DNA from: an uncultured Bacilli bacterium
GTDB taxonomy: Bacteria; Bacillota_I; Bacilli_A; RF39; UBA660
Length of the DNA stretch: 64,000 bases
Assembly: GCA_963931685.1 (NCBI GenBank)
Contig: OZ007038.1
Span: 1,194,940-1,258,939, forward strand
Reading direction: 5' to 3'
A program made the position numbers and the translations under genes. The notes beneath the pieces are model-generated. The model did not search any database. It had not been told where the DNA came from and worked only from the letters and a program-made list of their open reading frames with translations. Below, piece after piece: positions 1 to 9,771 of the stretch (its first letter is position 1; each line of letters starts with the position of its first letter).

Positions 1-117
1 ACATTAATTTTACTTATTTGACTATTATATAATTTAGACATTATTTAACACTTTTGGATCTATTTTAATATTGCTTTATTTTTTTCTTAGAATTACAATT
101 ATAATGGAGGCGATGAT

Positions 118-1083
118 ATGGAAGCAAAAGAGATTAAAAGAGTAGCTTGTGTTGGTGCGGGAGTTATTGGATATAGCTGGGCACTTTATTATTCTTTAAA
201 AAAGCTTGAGGTTTATGTTTATGATTTGACAGAAGAAAAACTTGAATTAGCTAAAAAAAGAATTCATGATAGTTTACTTAATTTGATGAAAAATGATGTA
301 GTTAGCGAAAATGAAATAAGTTTAATTGAGGGAAGAATACACTATACTACTTCAATAGAAGAGGCTGTTAAAGAGGTTCAATTTATTACAGAGTCTGGAC
401 CAGAAAATTATGAGGTTAAACAAAAAATGGCCGAAGAGATGGAAAGGTATACTGCTAGTGATACAATTATCGCATCATCAACTTCTGGATTACTTGTTAG
501 TGAGATTGCTAAAAATGCAATACATCCTGAGAGATTTATAGGAGCACATCCTTACAATCCACCTCACTTAATTCCATTAGTTGAACTTACTAAAGGTGAT
601 AAGACTAGTGATGAAGTACTTGAATGCGCTAAAGAATTTTATCAATTAATTGATAAGGAGCCTGTAGTTTTACAAAAAGAAGCTTTAGGTTTTATTTGTA
701 ACCGTATTCAAATGGCGGTTTATAGAGAAGTTTGTAATCTGGTTATGAAAGGTGTTTGCTCGATTGAGGATGCGGATAAGGCTGTTACTTACGGCCCTGG
801 ACTTAGATGGGCAATTATGGGACCTAGTTTAGTTTTTGAACTTGGTGGTGGTGAAGGTCATATAGATGGTCTTATGAAACATCTAAACCCTTCTATTAGT
901 TTATGGCTTCACGATATGGCTGATTTTAAAGATTTTCCTGAAGAATTTCCTGAAGTTGCAAGAAAAGGTGTAGAAGAAGCTTTAAAAAATCGTCCTAGAG
1001 AAATCGGTAATGATGATACATCTTTAGCTGAATACCGAGATAAAATGCTTATTTCTTTACTTAAACTACATAAGAAATTATGA
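118..1083 (+). CDS. 3-hydroxyacyl-CoA dehydrogenase family oxidoreductase (L-carnitine/L-gulonate dehydrogenase-like)
   Basis: 321-aa ORF; N-terminal Rossmann motif VGAGVIG; HPYNPPHLIPLVE block typical of the 3HCDH family; GGAGG RBS upstream. Confidence 0.7.
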   Translation: MEAKEIKRVACVGAGVIGYSWALYYSLKKLEVYVYDLTEEKLELAKKRIHDSLLNLMKNDVVSENEISLIEGRIHYTTSIEEAVKEVQFITESGPENYEVKQKMAEEMERYTASDTIIASSTSGLLVSEIAKNAIHPERFIGAHPYNPPHLIPLVELTKGDKTSDEVLECAKEFYQLIDKEPVVLQKEALGFICNRIQMAVYREVCNLVMKGVCSIEDADKAVTYGPGLRWAIMGPSLVFELGGGEGHIDGLMKHLNPSISLWLHDMADFKDFPEEFPEVARKGVEEALKNRPREIGNDDTSLAEYRDKMLISLLKLHKKL

Positions 1084-1101
1084 TATTTAAAAAGACATTG
1101 A

Positions 1102-1344
1102 TTAAATCATTTTATCAATGTCTTTTGGTACATTATCATTGACAACTGCGTCAATGATTTTCTTTTTGTTTTCTTCTGAAACTTTTCTACCCGTCATTTG
1201 ACTAAGTTCACTAATTACCTCTCTTAGGGTTCCTTCATCCTTTAAATTACCTTCTTGAAGTTTTTTTGCTAAATCTAAAATCGTTTCTTTATTTACATTG
1301 GTTTTCTTTTCTACACGCTTGAAAAAACTATCTGAAAATGCCAT
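1102..1344 (-). CDS. spoVIF: stage VI sporulation protein F-like
   Basis: 80 aa; FFKRVEKKTNV ... LKDEGTLREVI ... VPKDIDKM resembles Bacillus SpoVIF (YjcC) as I recall it. Confidence 0.6.
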   Translation of the reverse strand: MAFSDSFFKRVEKKTNVNKETILDLAKKLQEGNLKDEGTLREVISELSQMTGRKVSEENKKKIIDAVVNDNVPKDIDKMI

Positions 1345-1387
1345 TTTAAAACCTCCTACATTAATATATGCAGAAGGTTCTATTAGG

Positions 1388-2701
1388 CTACTGTTCTCCT
1401 TTGTTTTTAAAATTTAATTTAATTGGTGTTCCAGTAAAATCAAAGTTTTCTCTGATTTTGTTTTCTAGATATCTTTCATATGAGAAGTGAATTAGTCCTT
1501 TACTATTAACTTGAATATTAAAAGTTGGAGGACAAATATTACTTTGATTTGAAAAATATATTTTTAATCTTTTTCCCTTATATGATGGTGGTAGATTTAA
1601 GGCATAAGCATCAGTTATTACATTATTTAAAGCGCTTGTTGATATTTTTTTATGGGCATTTTCATTTGCTTTTATAATTTCTGGCATTAGTGTATGTATA
1701 CGTTTTTTTGTTAAAGCTGACAAAAATACAACCTTTGCATACGGCATGAATTGAAACTGATATTCTATTTCTTCTTTCCATTTTCTCATTTCTTTATCTT
1801 TATCTTCAACTGTATCCCATTTATTTACCGCTATTACTATAGCTTTACCTGCTTCTAAAGCATATCCAGCTATATGCTTATCGTGTTCAATAATTCCTTC
1901 TTCAGCATTTATAACTAAAACACAGACATCTGATCTATCAATAGCTTTAAGTGAACGAAGTAAACTATACTTTTCAACGTTTTCATATATTTTTCCTTTT
2001 TTACGCATTCCAGCGGTGTCGATAACTACAAAGTCTTTATCATGATATTTAAATGGTGTATCTATGGCATCTCTTGTTGTTCCGGCTATTGGACTTACAA
2101 TGACTCTTTCTTCATTTAGTAAAGCATTTACCAAGCTACTTTTTCCAACATTTGGCCTACCTATAATAGAAAATTTAATTATTTCTTCATCATATTCTTC
2201 TTTTATTTCTTTAAAGTTTTTCGTTATTTCATCTAATAGACTTGTTATTCCTATATTATGTTCAGCTGACAGTTCAATATAATTATCAAAGGCAAGGCTG
2301 TAAAAATCATATTTATGTTCTTCATAGATTTTAGAGTCGGTTTTATTTATGGCAACAATGACTGGTTTACCACTTTTCTTTAGTATATCTCTAACTGTAT
2401 AGTCACCTGTAGTTAAACCTTCTTTTCCATCAACAACAAAAACTACTATATCAGCTTCATCAATAGCCAGTTCTGCTTGTCCTTTAATTTCAGTGTTGAA
2501 GTTTCCATCACCCATATCAATACCACCGGTATCAATAAGGTGAAAACTATAGTCTAAATAGTTAACTGTTCCATATAATCTATCTCTAGTTACTCCTGGA
2601 GTATCTTCAATTATAGCCATTTTTGTGCCAACTAATCTATTAAATATGGTGGATTTTCCAACATTTGGTCTTCCAACTAATGCAACGATTTGTTTTCTCA
2701 T
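1388..2701 (-). CDS. der: ribosome-associated GTPase Der (EngA)
   Basis: Two tandem GTPase domains, each with a GRPNVGKS P-loop and DT(G/A)G; KH-like C-terminus; ATG at 2701 follows GGTGA. Confidence 0.95.
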   Translation of the reverse strand: MRKQIVALVGRPNVGKSTIFNRLVGTKMAIIEDTPGVTRDRLYGTVNYLDYSFHLIDTGGIDMGDGNFNTEIKGQAELAIDEADIVVFVVDGKEGLTTGDYTVRDILKKSGKPVIVAINKTDSKIYEEHKYDFYSLAFDNYIELSAEHNIGITSLLDEITKNFKEIKEEYDEEIIKFSIIGRPNVGKSSLVNALLNEERVIVSPIAGTTRDAIDTPFKYHDKDFVVIDTAGMRKKGKIYENVEKYSLLRSLKAIDRSDVCVLVINAEEGIIEHDKHIAGYALEAGKAIVIAVNKWDTVEDKDKEMRKWKEEIEYQFQFMPYAKVVFLSALTKKRIHTLMPEIIKANENAHKKISTSALNNVITDAYALNLPPSYKGKRLKIYFSNQSNICPPTFNIQVNSKGLIHFSYERYLENKIRENFDFTGTPIKLNFKNKGEQ

Positions 2702-2706
2702 AATTA

Positions 2707-3192
2707 TCACCTACTTATAATTTGACTTTGTGTTTCTATTTTTCTGGCATTTTTCCCATAAATTATTTCTCCATTTTCTAGAATGATTCCAAGTTCAATG
2801 TGTGTTAATGTATCTTTAGCTTTTAAATATATTTTTTCTTTATTTTTATACATGATAAATTTTTTTAGTAAGTTTTTATTTAAACGAAATATATCTTCAA
2901 TTTTATATAAAAAAGTGTCTTCAATTATTTGAGTACTCATTTCTATTTGATTATTAAAGTAATCTAAATATTCTAATTCTTCTTTCTGCATATCTATAAT
3001 AAGTCCATAGTTTTCATCTTTATATATAAACACACTATAATACCCATTTAAATCTAAAGTATATTTATTCTGAAGTTTGTTTATTAATTTTATTAATTTT
3101 TTTTGAATTTGATTTTGATTTGTTAAATCTATAGTTTGCAAATAAATTTTATCTAAAAAAATGACAATGTTTTCATCTATTATAAGTTTCAT
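2707..3192 (-). CDS. hypothetical protein
   Basis: 161-aa ORF; its stop abuts the der RBS (operon position); no motif recognised. Confidence 0.4.
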   Translation of the reverse strand: MKLIIDENIVIFLDKIYLQTIDLTNQNQIQKKLIKLINKLQNKYTLDLNGYYSVFIYKDENYGLIIDMQKEELEYLDYFNNQIEMSTQIIEDTFLYKIEDIFRLNKNLLKKFIMYKNKEKIYLKAKDTLTHIELGIILENGEIIYGKNARKIETQSQIISR

Positions 3193-3241
3193 TTTATCAC
3201 CTAAAATAGTGTATGAAACATTATATTACTTTGTTATTAGA

Positions 3242-3823
3242 TTACATTGTCCTTTCAATTTTCTTATGAATTTCTTCTTTTCCGTCTTTGGTTACACTAG
3301 AAAACATAACAAATTCATCACCAACAACTAAATCTAAATCATTTAAAATCATATTTCTCTGTTTTTGTCTTGAGGTTATACCAATTTTATCTGATTTGGT
3401 AGCTACAATAGTGACTGGTAATTTATAATATTTTAAAAAATTATACATTAGTATATCATCATTTGTTGGGCGATGACGAAAATCTATTAATAAAAATATT
3501 CCTTTTAAATTTTTTCTATTTACTAGATAATCTTCAATCATTAAACCAAATTTTTTCCTTTTTGTTTTACTTACTTGGGCAAAGCCATAACCTGGCGCAT
3601 CTACTAAATAAAATTCATCATTTATATTATAAAAATTAATTGTTTGAGTTTTACCTGGTCTACTAGATGTTCTAGCAAAGTTTTTTCTATTGATGATTGT
3701 GTTTATAAAACTACTTTTTCCAACATTTGATCTTCCAACTAACATATATTCCGGCTTATTATCAGTTGGATATTGACTTCGGCGCGTTGCCGAAATGGTT
3801 AAATCAACGGATTTTATTTTCAT
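3242..3823 (-). CDS. engB: ribosome biogenesis GTP-binding protein YsxC/EngB
   Basis: GRSNVGKSS P-loop, DAPGYG, TKSDK G4 motif; size typical (193 aa). Confidence 0.9.
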   Translation of the reverse strand: MKIKSVDLTISATRRSQYPTDNKPEYMLVGRSNVGKSSFINTIINRKNFARTSSRPGKTQTINFYNINDEFYLVDAPGYGFAQVSKTKRKKFGLMIEDYLVNRKNLKGIFLLIDFRHRPTNDDILMYNFLKYYKLPVTIVATKSDKIGITSRQKQRNMILNDLDLVVGDEFVMFSSVTKDGKEEIHKKIERTM

Positions 3824-3886
3824 ATTTTATCACCTGACTATACCTTTAAAGTATAACAAAATTGTGTCTAAAAGTAAAGTTTCTAC

Positions 3887-4789
3887 TCATTGGAAATGCT
3901 TTTTAACTTTGCTTAAACCATGTTTTATTGTTTCTTTTTTTCCTAAGGTTGTCCCACTACTCATAGCAAGTCTGATAGAGTTTGGAAGATTTGTTTTTCT
4001 AAAATAATTATTAATTATTTTGCTTAATTTTTGCAAATCTTGTTCTCCAATATCGTTTGATCTAAAGTTAGCTATAATATATTTTTTAAGATTTTGTGGA
4101 AGTTTTTCTATTAATTCTACTGGATGAGGATTGATTCCATTATTTTGTTTGACTAGGTTATTTTGTCCGTATGTTTCTTCAAAGAAATCAAATGCACCAC
4201 TAACTATATCTAAAGATTTACTCTTTTTTTCGCCTGGAAGAATTGTTCTAAAATCGTACATATAAGTTATTTTTGATATTGTATTATATAGTTCATTTTT
4301 TGTTATATTTCTTTTTGGATTTAATAAATAGGCTGTTATAAGAATGTTTTCTCTATTTTCATGTATAGCAGTTTCTAAATCTTCTTTAATATTTTGATAA
4401 AGTATCGGTTTAGTTAATCGCCCTGCCATTCCAAAATATTTCCAAGTTTTTAAATCTTCAAATAATGCTTTTTTTGATATAACCATTGCTTTAAAATGTA
4501 TATTATCATGATAAAATTTTAAGCAGCCAATATTGCTATAAAACTTTTCTTTTTCTTTTTTCTTTAATAATATTCTTTTATCAAAATCTTCAGAAAAATG
4601 ATGAGGATTTTGTTCATAATCTTCAATTAAAAAATCTTTAAAATCTTCGGTTATTATAATTACATCTTTATCTGGTTTTTCTTCACGATTGTAACCAGGT
4701 TGTTTATATATTCCTGAGCCATATCCTATAACAGCTTCTGTTGGTGGTAAAGCTTTTTTTAAATTTTCTATAATTTCTAAATTATCCAT
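3887..4789 (-). CDS. Tam41/Mmp37-like phosphatidate cytidylyltransferase homolog
   Basis: IGYGSGIYKQPGY and DLKTWKYFGMAGRLTKPI blocks resemble eukaryotic Tam41; start moved to ATG 4789, which follows AGGAG. Confidence 0.55.
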   Translation of the reverse strand: MDNLEIIENLKKALPPTEAVIGYGSGIYKQPGYNREEKPDKDVIIITEDFKDFLIEDYEQNPHHFSEDFDKRILLKKKEKEKFYSNIGCLKFYHDNIHFKAMVISKKALFEDLKTWKYFGMAGRLTKPILYQNIKEDLETAIHENRENILITAYLLNPKRNITKNELYNTISKITYMYDFRTILPGEKKSKSLDIVSGAFDFFEETYGQNNLVKQNNGINPHPVELIEKLPQNLKKYIIANFRSNDIGEQDLQKLSKIINNYFRKTNLPNSIRLAMSSGTTLGKKETIKHGLSKVKKHFQ

Positions 4790-5027
4790 ATTATATCTCC
4801 TTTGAATGTTTGTTATTATAGCACACTTTATATTAATATACAAAGTAATTAATTAAATTATATCACTAAGGTTTTATTTTGTATTTATTTACTTCAAAAT
4901 TACAAGTTTGTTTTTTTGTTATTTTATATATTTATGTAATAAAGTTGAAAAAATTAATATATTTTGAAGGAAAAAGGTTCTTGAAGGTCGTATGTTTATT
5001 TATAGAGGGGCTTAGAAAGGAGGAAAT

Positions 5028-6170
5028 ATGAAAAAAGTATTATTATTTGTTTTTATGTTTTTGCTAGCTTTTCCAGTTAAAGGATTAGAAAATGATATGA
5101 ATACCATTAGAAAATATAAATATTATCGTCTAAATAAAGTAATGGGTCCTATGGTTTTGAAAAATGAGGTTAATAACGAATATCCTTTAATAGATGAAAA
5201 AAACTATATTTTAGATGACCTAAGTGAACTTTCTGTTGATAAACCTTCTGAGATGGATGGAAGGAAAATATACGAATACGATGGATTTCATTATTTAAAA
5301 ATTCCTGGCGTTAACTCTTTAGTTATTACCCCTGAACATGATACTATTCTCTATGATATTGAAATTAAAAAAACTAATGGTGAGAGTATTTATAAAAGTG
5401 AGGATATATTAAATAATATTTCTAAAACTTATAAATTAAATGAGGACATTAATCTGAATGATTTGGTGGTAGAGTGTAAGGGTGGAGATAATCGAGAAAG
5501 TCAGCTTTTTACTATTGACTTTAAATACGATGATAAAATTATAGGTAAATTGGGTGTGAATTCATTTTTAAATAATATTGCGGTCTATGGAAGACAATCT
5601 GAAATTAAAAAGGATGCTTACGAAAATATTTATAGTTTAACTGAATTAAGTCTGAATGATTATTTGATTTATAATGGGCAAGTAAAATTATATCAATATC
5701 AAGATTATAAATATCAATCTTATAGGCTTGATAGAGAATATTATAATGAATATTTGACTGAACCTTTTGAGGACTATATTTACCGTGATGAAAATGATTT
5801 TATTGACGTTCCTATAAATACTGTGGATAATATAGAAGATAATATTGAGGAATCTATAACTGAGCCAGTATCTAATGATTCTTTAAAACAGGTTAGTGTA
5901 TCTAAAGAAAATAATGTAAATAAGACTATAGATAACAATACTGTTTCTAAAAAAATACAAGAGAGTCATAAGAACATTTTAGAAACACCTGCACAGAGCA
6001 AGAGTGTAGCACCTGTTCAATATGCTCAAGCATTAAAAATTAATAAAAATACTCCATCAAACAAAATGACAGATAATAATGTTTACTATTATTTTTTACT
6101 AGCAATATTAATTATTCTATTAATTATAGCATTTAAAATTAGAAACAAATTAAAAGAATACCAAAGGTGA
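5028..6170 (+). CDS. secreted / C-terminally anchored hypothetical protein
   Basis: Signal-peptide-like N-terminus (MKKVLLFVFMFLLAFPV); C-terminal hydrophobic helix followed by a basic tail. Confidence 0.5.
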   Translation: MKKVLLFVFMFLLAFPVKGLENDMNTIRKYKYYRLNKVMGPMVLKNEVNNEYPLIDEKNYILDDLSELSVDKPSEMDGRKIYEYDGFHYLKIPGVNSLVITPEHDTILYDIEIKKTNGESIYKSEDILNNISKTYKLNEDINLNDLVVECKGGDNRESQLFTIDFKYDDKIIGKLGVNSFLNNIAVYGRQSEIKKDAYENIYSLTELSLNDYLIYNGQVKLYQYQDYKYQSYRLDREYYNEYLTEPFEDYIYRDENDFIDVPINTVDNIEDNIEESITEPVSNDSLKQVSVSKENNVNKTIDNNTVSKKIQESHKNILETPAQSKSVAPVQYAQALKINKNTPSNKMTDNNVYYYFLLAILIILLIIAFKIRNKLKEYQR

Positions 6171-6180
6171 TAAATTTTAT

Positions 6181-7850
6181 GTAACTATTCAGACTATGGC
6201 ACGCAAAAGTAAAGAGTAATCAGTGATTGATTGCTCTTTTAATTTGCAAATAACACTTTATTTTCAAATATTGCATTAATAGACTCAAAAGGGTTTATAT
6301 TCCTTTTGATAGATGTCTTTATAATTGATAAGGTATTAGCAAAATCTTGGGCAACATTTATGCTTCTAAAGCCTCCTGATATTTTCGTTTTGTTTTTAAA
6401 TATTCTTAAATCTCTTTCACTTAGGTTATCATCAAAGGGAACTTTAAAATCTTCTATAAAATACAAATGATTTTGTTTATATTTTACCAATCTATTATAT
6501 AATGGTTTGGCCTTGGTTACCCTGTAATATGAAGATTTTATTTGTTTGTTTTCTTCTTTGGCTAGCTCTAAAATTTCTTCATATTCATCTTTGTATTCTT
6601 TTATCTTATCATCAGAAAATTTTGTTAATCCATAAGCTATAGCTATCTTTCTTGTATTATTCATTCTAAATATTAAATCATACATTAAAAATGGCCATTT
6701 CGTATCTGGTATATTTTCCATCAGTTCCATTAAATATCTTCCCAAGTGAATATTACATTCATAATTTTTACTACCATAACTATATAATGTTGTATCATGA
6801 TCACCCATTATTCCTCCACAAAATCTTGGCAATATATTATCTTCTTTAATTGGATTATGACCTTTATTTTTATGAACTTTATAGACTACATTCTCTTCAT
6901 TACTATAATTTCTTACATATAGCTTTTTCTTATTGAATTTGGTCCCAGTTTCATCAGTAAATCCATTGTCCTTATTTAAAAAGTTATTTTCTAAATTTAT
7001 TATTGTAGCTTTACTTTTGTTCCCAAATTCTTTTACAAAATTTACTAATGTTCCATTAGAAATATTATAAACATTATTTGTCACCACACTAAAGAAATCA
7101 CTTAATCTATTATAAGCAACTACGTTATAACATCCTAAATGAATCGATAATGTCTTTATACTATTTCCATATGTCACATCTGTATAAAACTCTTTTGGCA
7201 GTGTTTCTGAAGACTTATCATCATATTTAAATATATGTTTTTCTATGTATGGCTTAATTTCTAATTCATATCTATATTTTATTAAGGGCTCTTTTTTGGG
7301 ATTACCCTTGATTGTATGAATAATTTCTCTAACTTCAACTTTATTTTCACTTATTAATTTTTCTGCATCTTTTTTACTTAAATTATATCCTTGATGATTA
7401 TATTGACCGCCTTTCTTTTTGCCGGTTATAGTGCGATAATTATATAAATTAGCTCCTGTTTTCTTTTTAGGCGTAACAATATTAGTCGATGATGGTTTAC
7501 TAGAATTATTACTGTTTTTATTATTTTGATTTTTTAGTCTATCTATTTCATTTAATAATTTTTGGATAGTTTTATCTTTTTCTAAAATAATAGCTTTTAA
7601 TTCATCTTGTTTTTCTTTGAACTCTTTTTTCAATTCTTTATTTTCTTTAAACAATATATCTAACTTATTATTTAATTCTTCGAATTGTCTGTAAAAATCT
7701 ACAGTTACTGTCATCGTTTTTATGTTTGCCATACTATCACTATCCTCAACTATTTTTATTTTCTCACATTTAAACAAAAAAAGCAGCATCGTTGACACTA
7801 CTTTTGACACTTTATTTAATTTTTTTTATTTTCATAGTCTGAATAGTTAC
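6181..7850 (-). mobile_element. IS66-family-like insertion sequence, copy A (1670 bp)
   Basis: Terminal inverted repeats GTAACTATTCAGACTATG (6181-6198) and CATAGTCTGAATAGTTAC (7833-7850); 8-bp direct duplication AATTTTAT at 6173-6180 and 7851-7858. Confidence 0.85.
6239..7810 (-). CDS. IS66-family transposase (single-ORF type, no zinc-finger block)
   Basis: N-terminal coiled coil; C-terminal DNLSERDLRIFKNKTKISGGFRS...NINPF resembles the IS66 Tnp C-terminus; likely true start is MANIK at 7732. Confidence 0.8.
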   Translation of the reverse strand: MSKVVSTMLLFLFKCEKIKIVEDSDSMANIKTMTVTVDFYRQFEELNNKLDILFKENKELKKEFKEKQDELKAIILEKDKTIQKLLNEIDRLKNQNNKNSNNSSKPSSTNIVTPKKKTGANLYNYRTITGKKKGGQYNHQGYNLSKKDAEKLISENKVEVREIIHTIKGNPKKEPLIKYRYELEIKPYIEKHIFKYDDKSSETLPKEFYTDVTYGNSIKTLSIHLGCYNVVAYNRLSDFFSVVTNNVYNISNGTLVNFVKEFGNKSKATIINLENNFLNKDNGFTDETGTKFNKKKLYVRNYSNEENVVYKVHKNKGHNPIKEDNILPRFCGGIMGDHDTTLYSYGSKNYECNIHLGRYLMELMENIPDTKWPFLMYDLIFRMNNTRKIAIAYGLTKFSDDKIKEYKDEYEEILELAKEENKQIKSSYYRVTKAKPLYNRLVKYKQNHLYFIEDFKVPFDDNLSERDLRIFKNKTKISGGFRSINVAQDFANTLSIIKTSIKRNINPFESINAIFENKVLFAN

Positions 7851-7864
7851 AATTTTATCATCTT

Positions 7865-9389
7865 TTTTTGCAAAAAATATGTTAAACATTAGTTAAAATG
7901 TATACGATTTATAATATTGATAACAAACAAAGGTGAACTTTGTTTGTAACGATAGTATAATCGATGAAAGTTAAAAAGCAAGGGTTTCATGAACTCAACT
8001 ACGTTTCGCCCTTGCTTTTAATCTTTCATCTCTTTCTTTTAAAACTTGTTCAAGTTGTTTTTGATTGTTTATTCTCATTTGTTCTCTTTTAACTGGATCT
8101 TGTCTATGACCTTCTATTTGCTTTGTTTCGTAAAAGACATTGTAATATTTAATTTTTACGACTTTAGTTAAAACGTTCTCATATACTTTGATTTTTGTTC
8201 CTTTATAAATTTGCTTAACAGAGTTATCTTTGTCTAATATTTGATAGTAATTGTTATTCCAAGAAATCATATTGCCATTAAGAATAGTTCTTGTATCTCT
8301 AATACAAAAAACATTAGATAAATCTATATTATCTAATGGAACAAAAGCAGATTCGCTTTCTTTAGGTTCATAAGCGTATTTTTGATTAAGATAATTGCAA
8401 TAATAATCATTAAAAAATATATTTAACTCATCAATAGATTTAATGTTATATCTTTTGATATCATTAATTAATCTGTTTTGAATTGTATTGTTCCATTTTT
8501 CAACTTTGCCTTTGGCCTGTGGTGTATTGGCAGCGATAATATTAATACCTAAATCGGCACATATATAACCAAATTGGGTTAATTCACTGTCTTTTGGATT
8601 AATAAGAATAGTATGTTTATCGCAGTAGATATTCTCTGGTATTCCATATTTTGTGACTAATATTTGAAGCATTCTAACATATCCTTCCAAGCATTCAGTA
8701 GGCATAAACCAACCACATAAGGCTTCTCCTGTTGCATCATCAATAGCTAAATGCAAAGAGTACTTTTTTCCATTTTGAAACCAATCGTGAGGGGTACCAT
8801 CAATCATAATTAAAATACCTCTTTGTGATGAGGGCTCTCTTAATGGATGAGATTCATATTCCTTATTGAAGCATTTATGTTTGATAGGTTTCACCCAATG
8901 AAATTTTTCATATAAAGATTCATAAAAGGAATAACTTCGAACTTTAAGATTATTTTCTTTTACAATTTTTGCCATATTAGGATTCCAAACAACATCTTCG
9001 TGATAAATATCTTGAAATTGTGTTATACTAATAACCGGATATTTATTCTTGAAGTTCTTAATAAATTCGATTTCTTTGGTGGAAGGTGAATTATTAGAAG
9101 GTTTATTTGTTAAACCATGAACTAAAACAGAATCAATATCCTTTTTATTTAACTCAATGGACAATCGATAGATTTGAGTTTTAGTATATCCCGTTAAGGA
9201 ACCTATCTGAGAATAAGAATAATTGTTTAACCCCTTTTGTTTGTCTTGAATAAGTTTTAATGCATATTCTTTATTATGCATATAAAAAATACATCTCCTT
9301 TCAGAGATATATTATAACTTATTAATGTATACATTTTAATTAATGATACGTATACATTTTAAAAAAGGATTAACATTTTTGCAAAAAAT
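7865..9389 (-). mobile_element. ISNCY/IS481-like insertion sequence (boundaries approximate)
   Basis: Imperfect ~40-bp inverted ends (…TGTTAAAC..TTAAAATGTATACG at 7865-7906; CGTATACATTTTAA..TTAACA… at 9349-9389). Both ends carry the palindrome TTTTTGCAAAAA, so the exact termini and TSD are ambiguous. Confidence 0.55.
7995..9281 (-). CDS. DDE (integrase-core) transposase with N-terminal HTH
   Basis: 428 aa; IDGTPHDWF ... LAIDDATGE ... YCDKHT ... AKGKVEKWNNTIQNRL are typical rve-type DDE blocks. Confidence 0.8.
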   Translation of the reverse strand: MHNKEYALKLIQDKQKGLNNYSYSQIGSLTGYTKTQIYRLSIELNKKDIDSVLVHGLTNKPSNNSPSTKEIEFIKNFKNKYPVISITQFQDIYHEDVVWNPNMAKIVKENNLKVRSYSFYESLYEKFHWVKPIKHKCFNKEYESHPLREPSSQRGILIMIDGTPHDWFQNGKKYSLHLAIDDATGEALCGWFMPTECLEGYVRMLQILVTKYGIPENIYCDKHTILINPKDSELTQFGYICADLGINIIAANTPQAKGKVEKWNNTIQNRLINDIKRYNIKSIDELNIFFNDYYCNYLNQKYAYEPKESESAFVPLDNIDLSNVFCIRDTRTILNGNMISWNNNYYQILDKDNSVKQIYKGTKIKVYENVLTKVVKIKYYNVFYETKQIEGHRQDPVKREQMRINNQKQLEQVLKERDERLKARAKRS

Positions 9390-9390
9390 A

Positions 9391-9420
9391 TTGACTTTTT
9401 TATATTATTAATGGTATACT
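9391..9420 (+). promoter_or_regulatory. sigma-A-type promoter for tRNA-Ala
   Basis: TTGACT (9391-9396), 18-nt spacer, TATACT (9415-9420), about 20 nt before the tRNA. Confidence 0.45.
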
Positions 9421-9440
9421 TTATGAGTAGTTTGTCTTAC

Positions 9441-9517
9441 GGGGAATTAGCTCAGTTGGCTAGAGCACCTGCTTTGCACGCAGGGGGTCAGGAGTTCGAG
9501 TCTCCTATTCTCCACCA
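9441..9517 (+). tRNA. tRNA-Ala(UGC)
   Basis: Cloverleaf folded by hand: acceptor GGGGAAT/ATTCTCC, anticodon loop TTTGCAC, T-arm AGGAGTTCGAGTCTCCT, encoded CCA. Confidence 0.95.
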
Positions 9518-9528
9518 TTTTTGTATTT

Positions 9529-9557
9529 AACCGTTGTTTTTCAACGGTTTTTATTTT
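9529..9557 (+). terminator. rho-independent terminator after tRNA-Ala
   Basis: AACCGTTG-TTTTT-CAACGGTT hairpin followed by TTTATTTT. Confidence 0.7.
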
Positions 9558-9771
9558 GCAATATCATATTTATATCACTTTTTTGATAAATATTGATAAA
9601 TGTGCTAATATAATTGTAAAATTATAAGTAGGAGATAGACATTTCCCATTTCGCTTATATCTCCATTTTCTTTAGCATTTTTCACTAAATTTAAATATGA
9701 ATCTTTATATTTTATTGTTGGATTTACTAATTTCATTTGTGCTTCGCTCCTTTTTAATATTGTAATACATT

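Noticed and set aside
9605-9736. 43-aa minus-strand ORF (MKLVNPTIKYKDSYLNLVKNAKENGDISEMGN...) with an AGGAG RBS between tRNA-Ala and the HAD gene
   Set aside because: It resembles the first ~30 residues of some acetyltransferase-like proteins and then runs into a stop. It is probably a gene remnant, and too short and unsupported to annotate.
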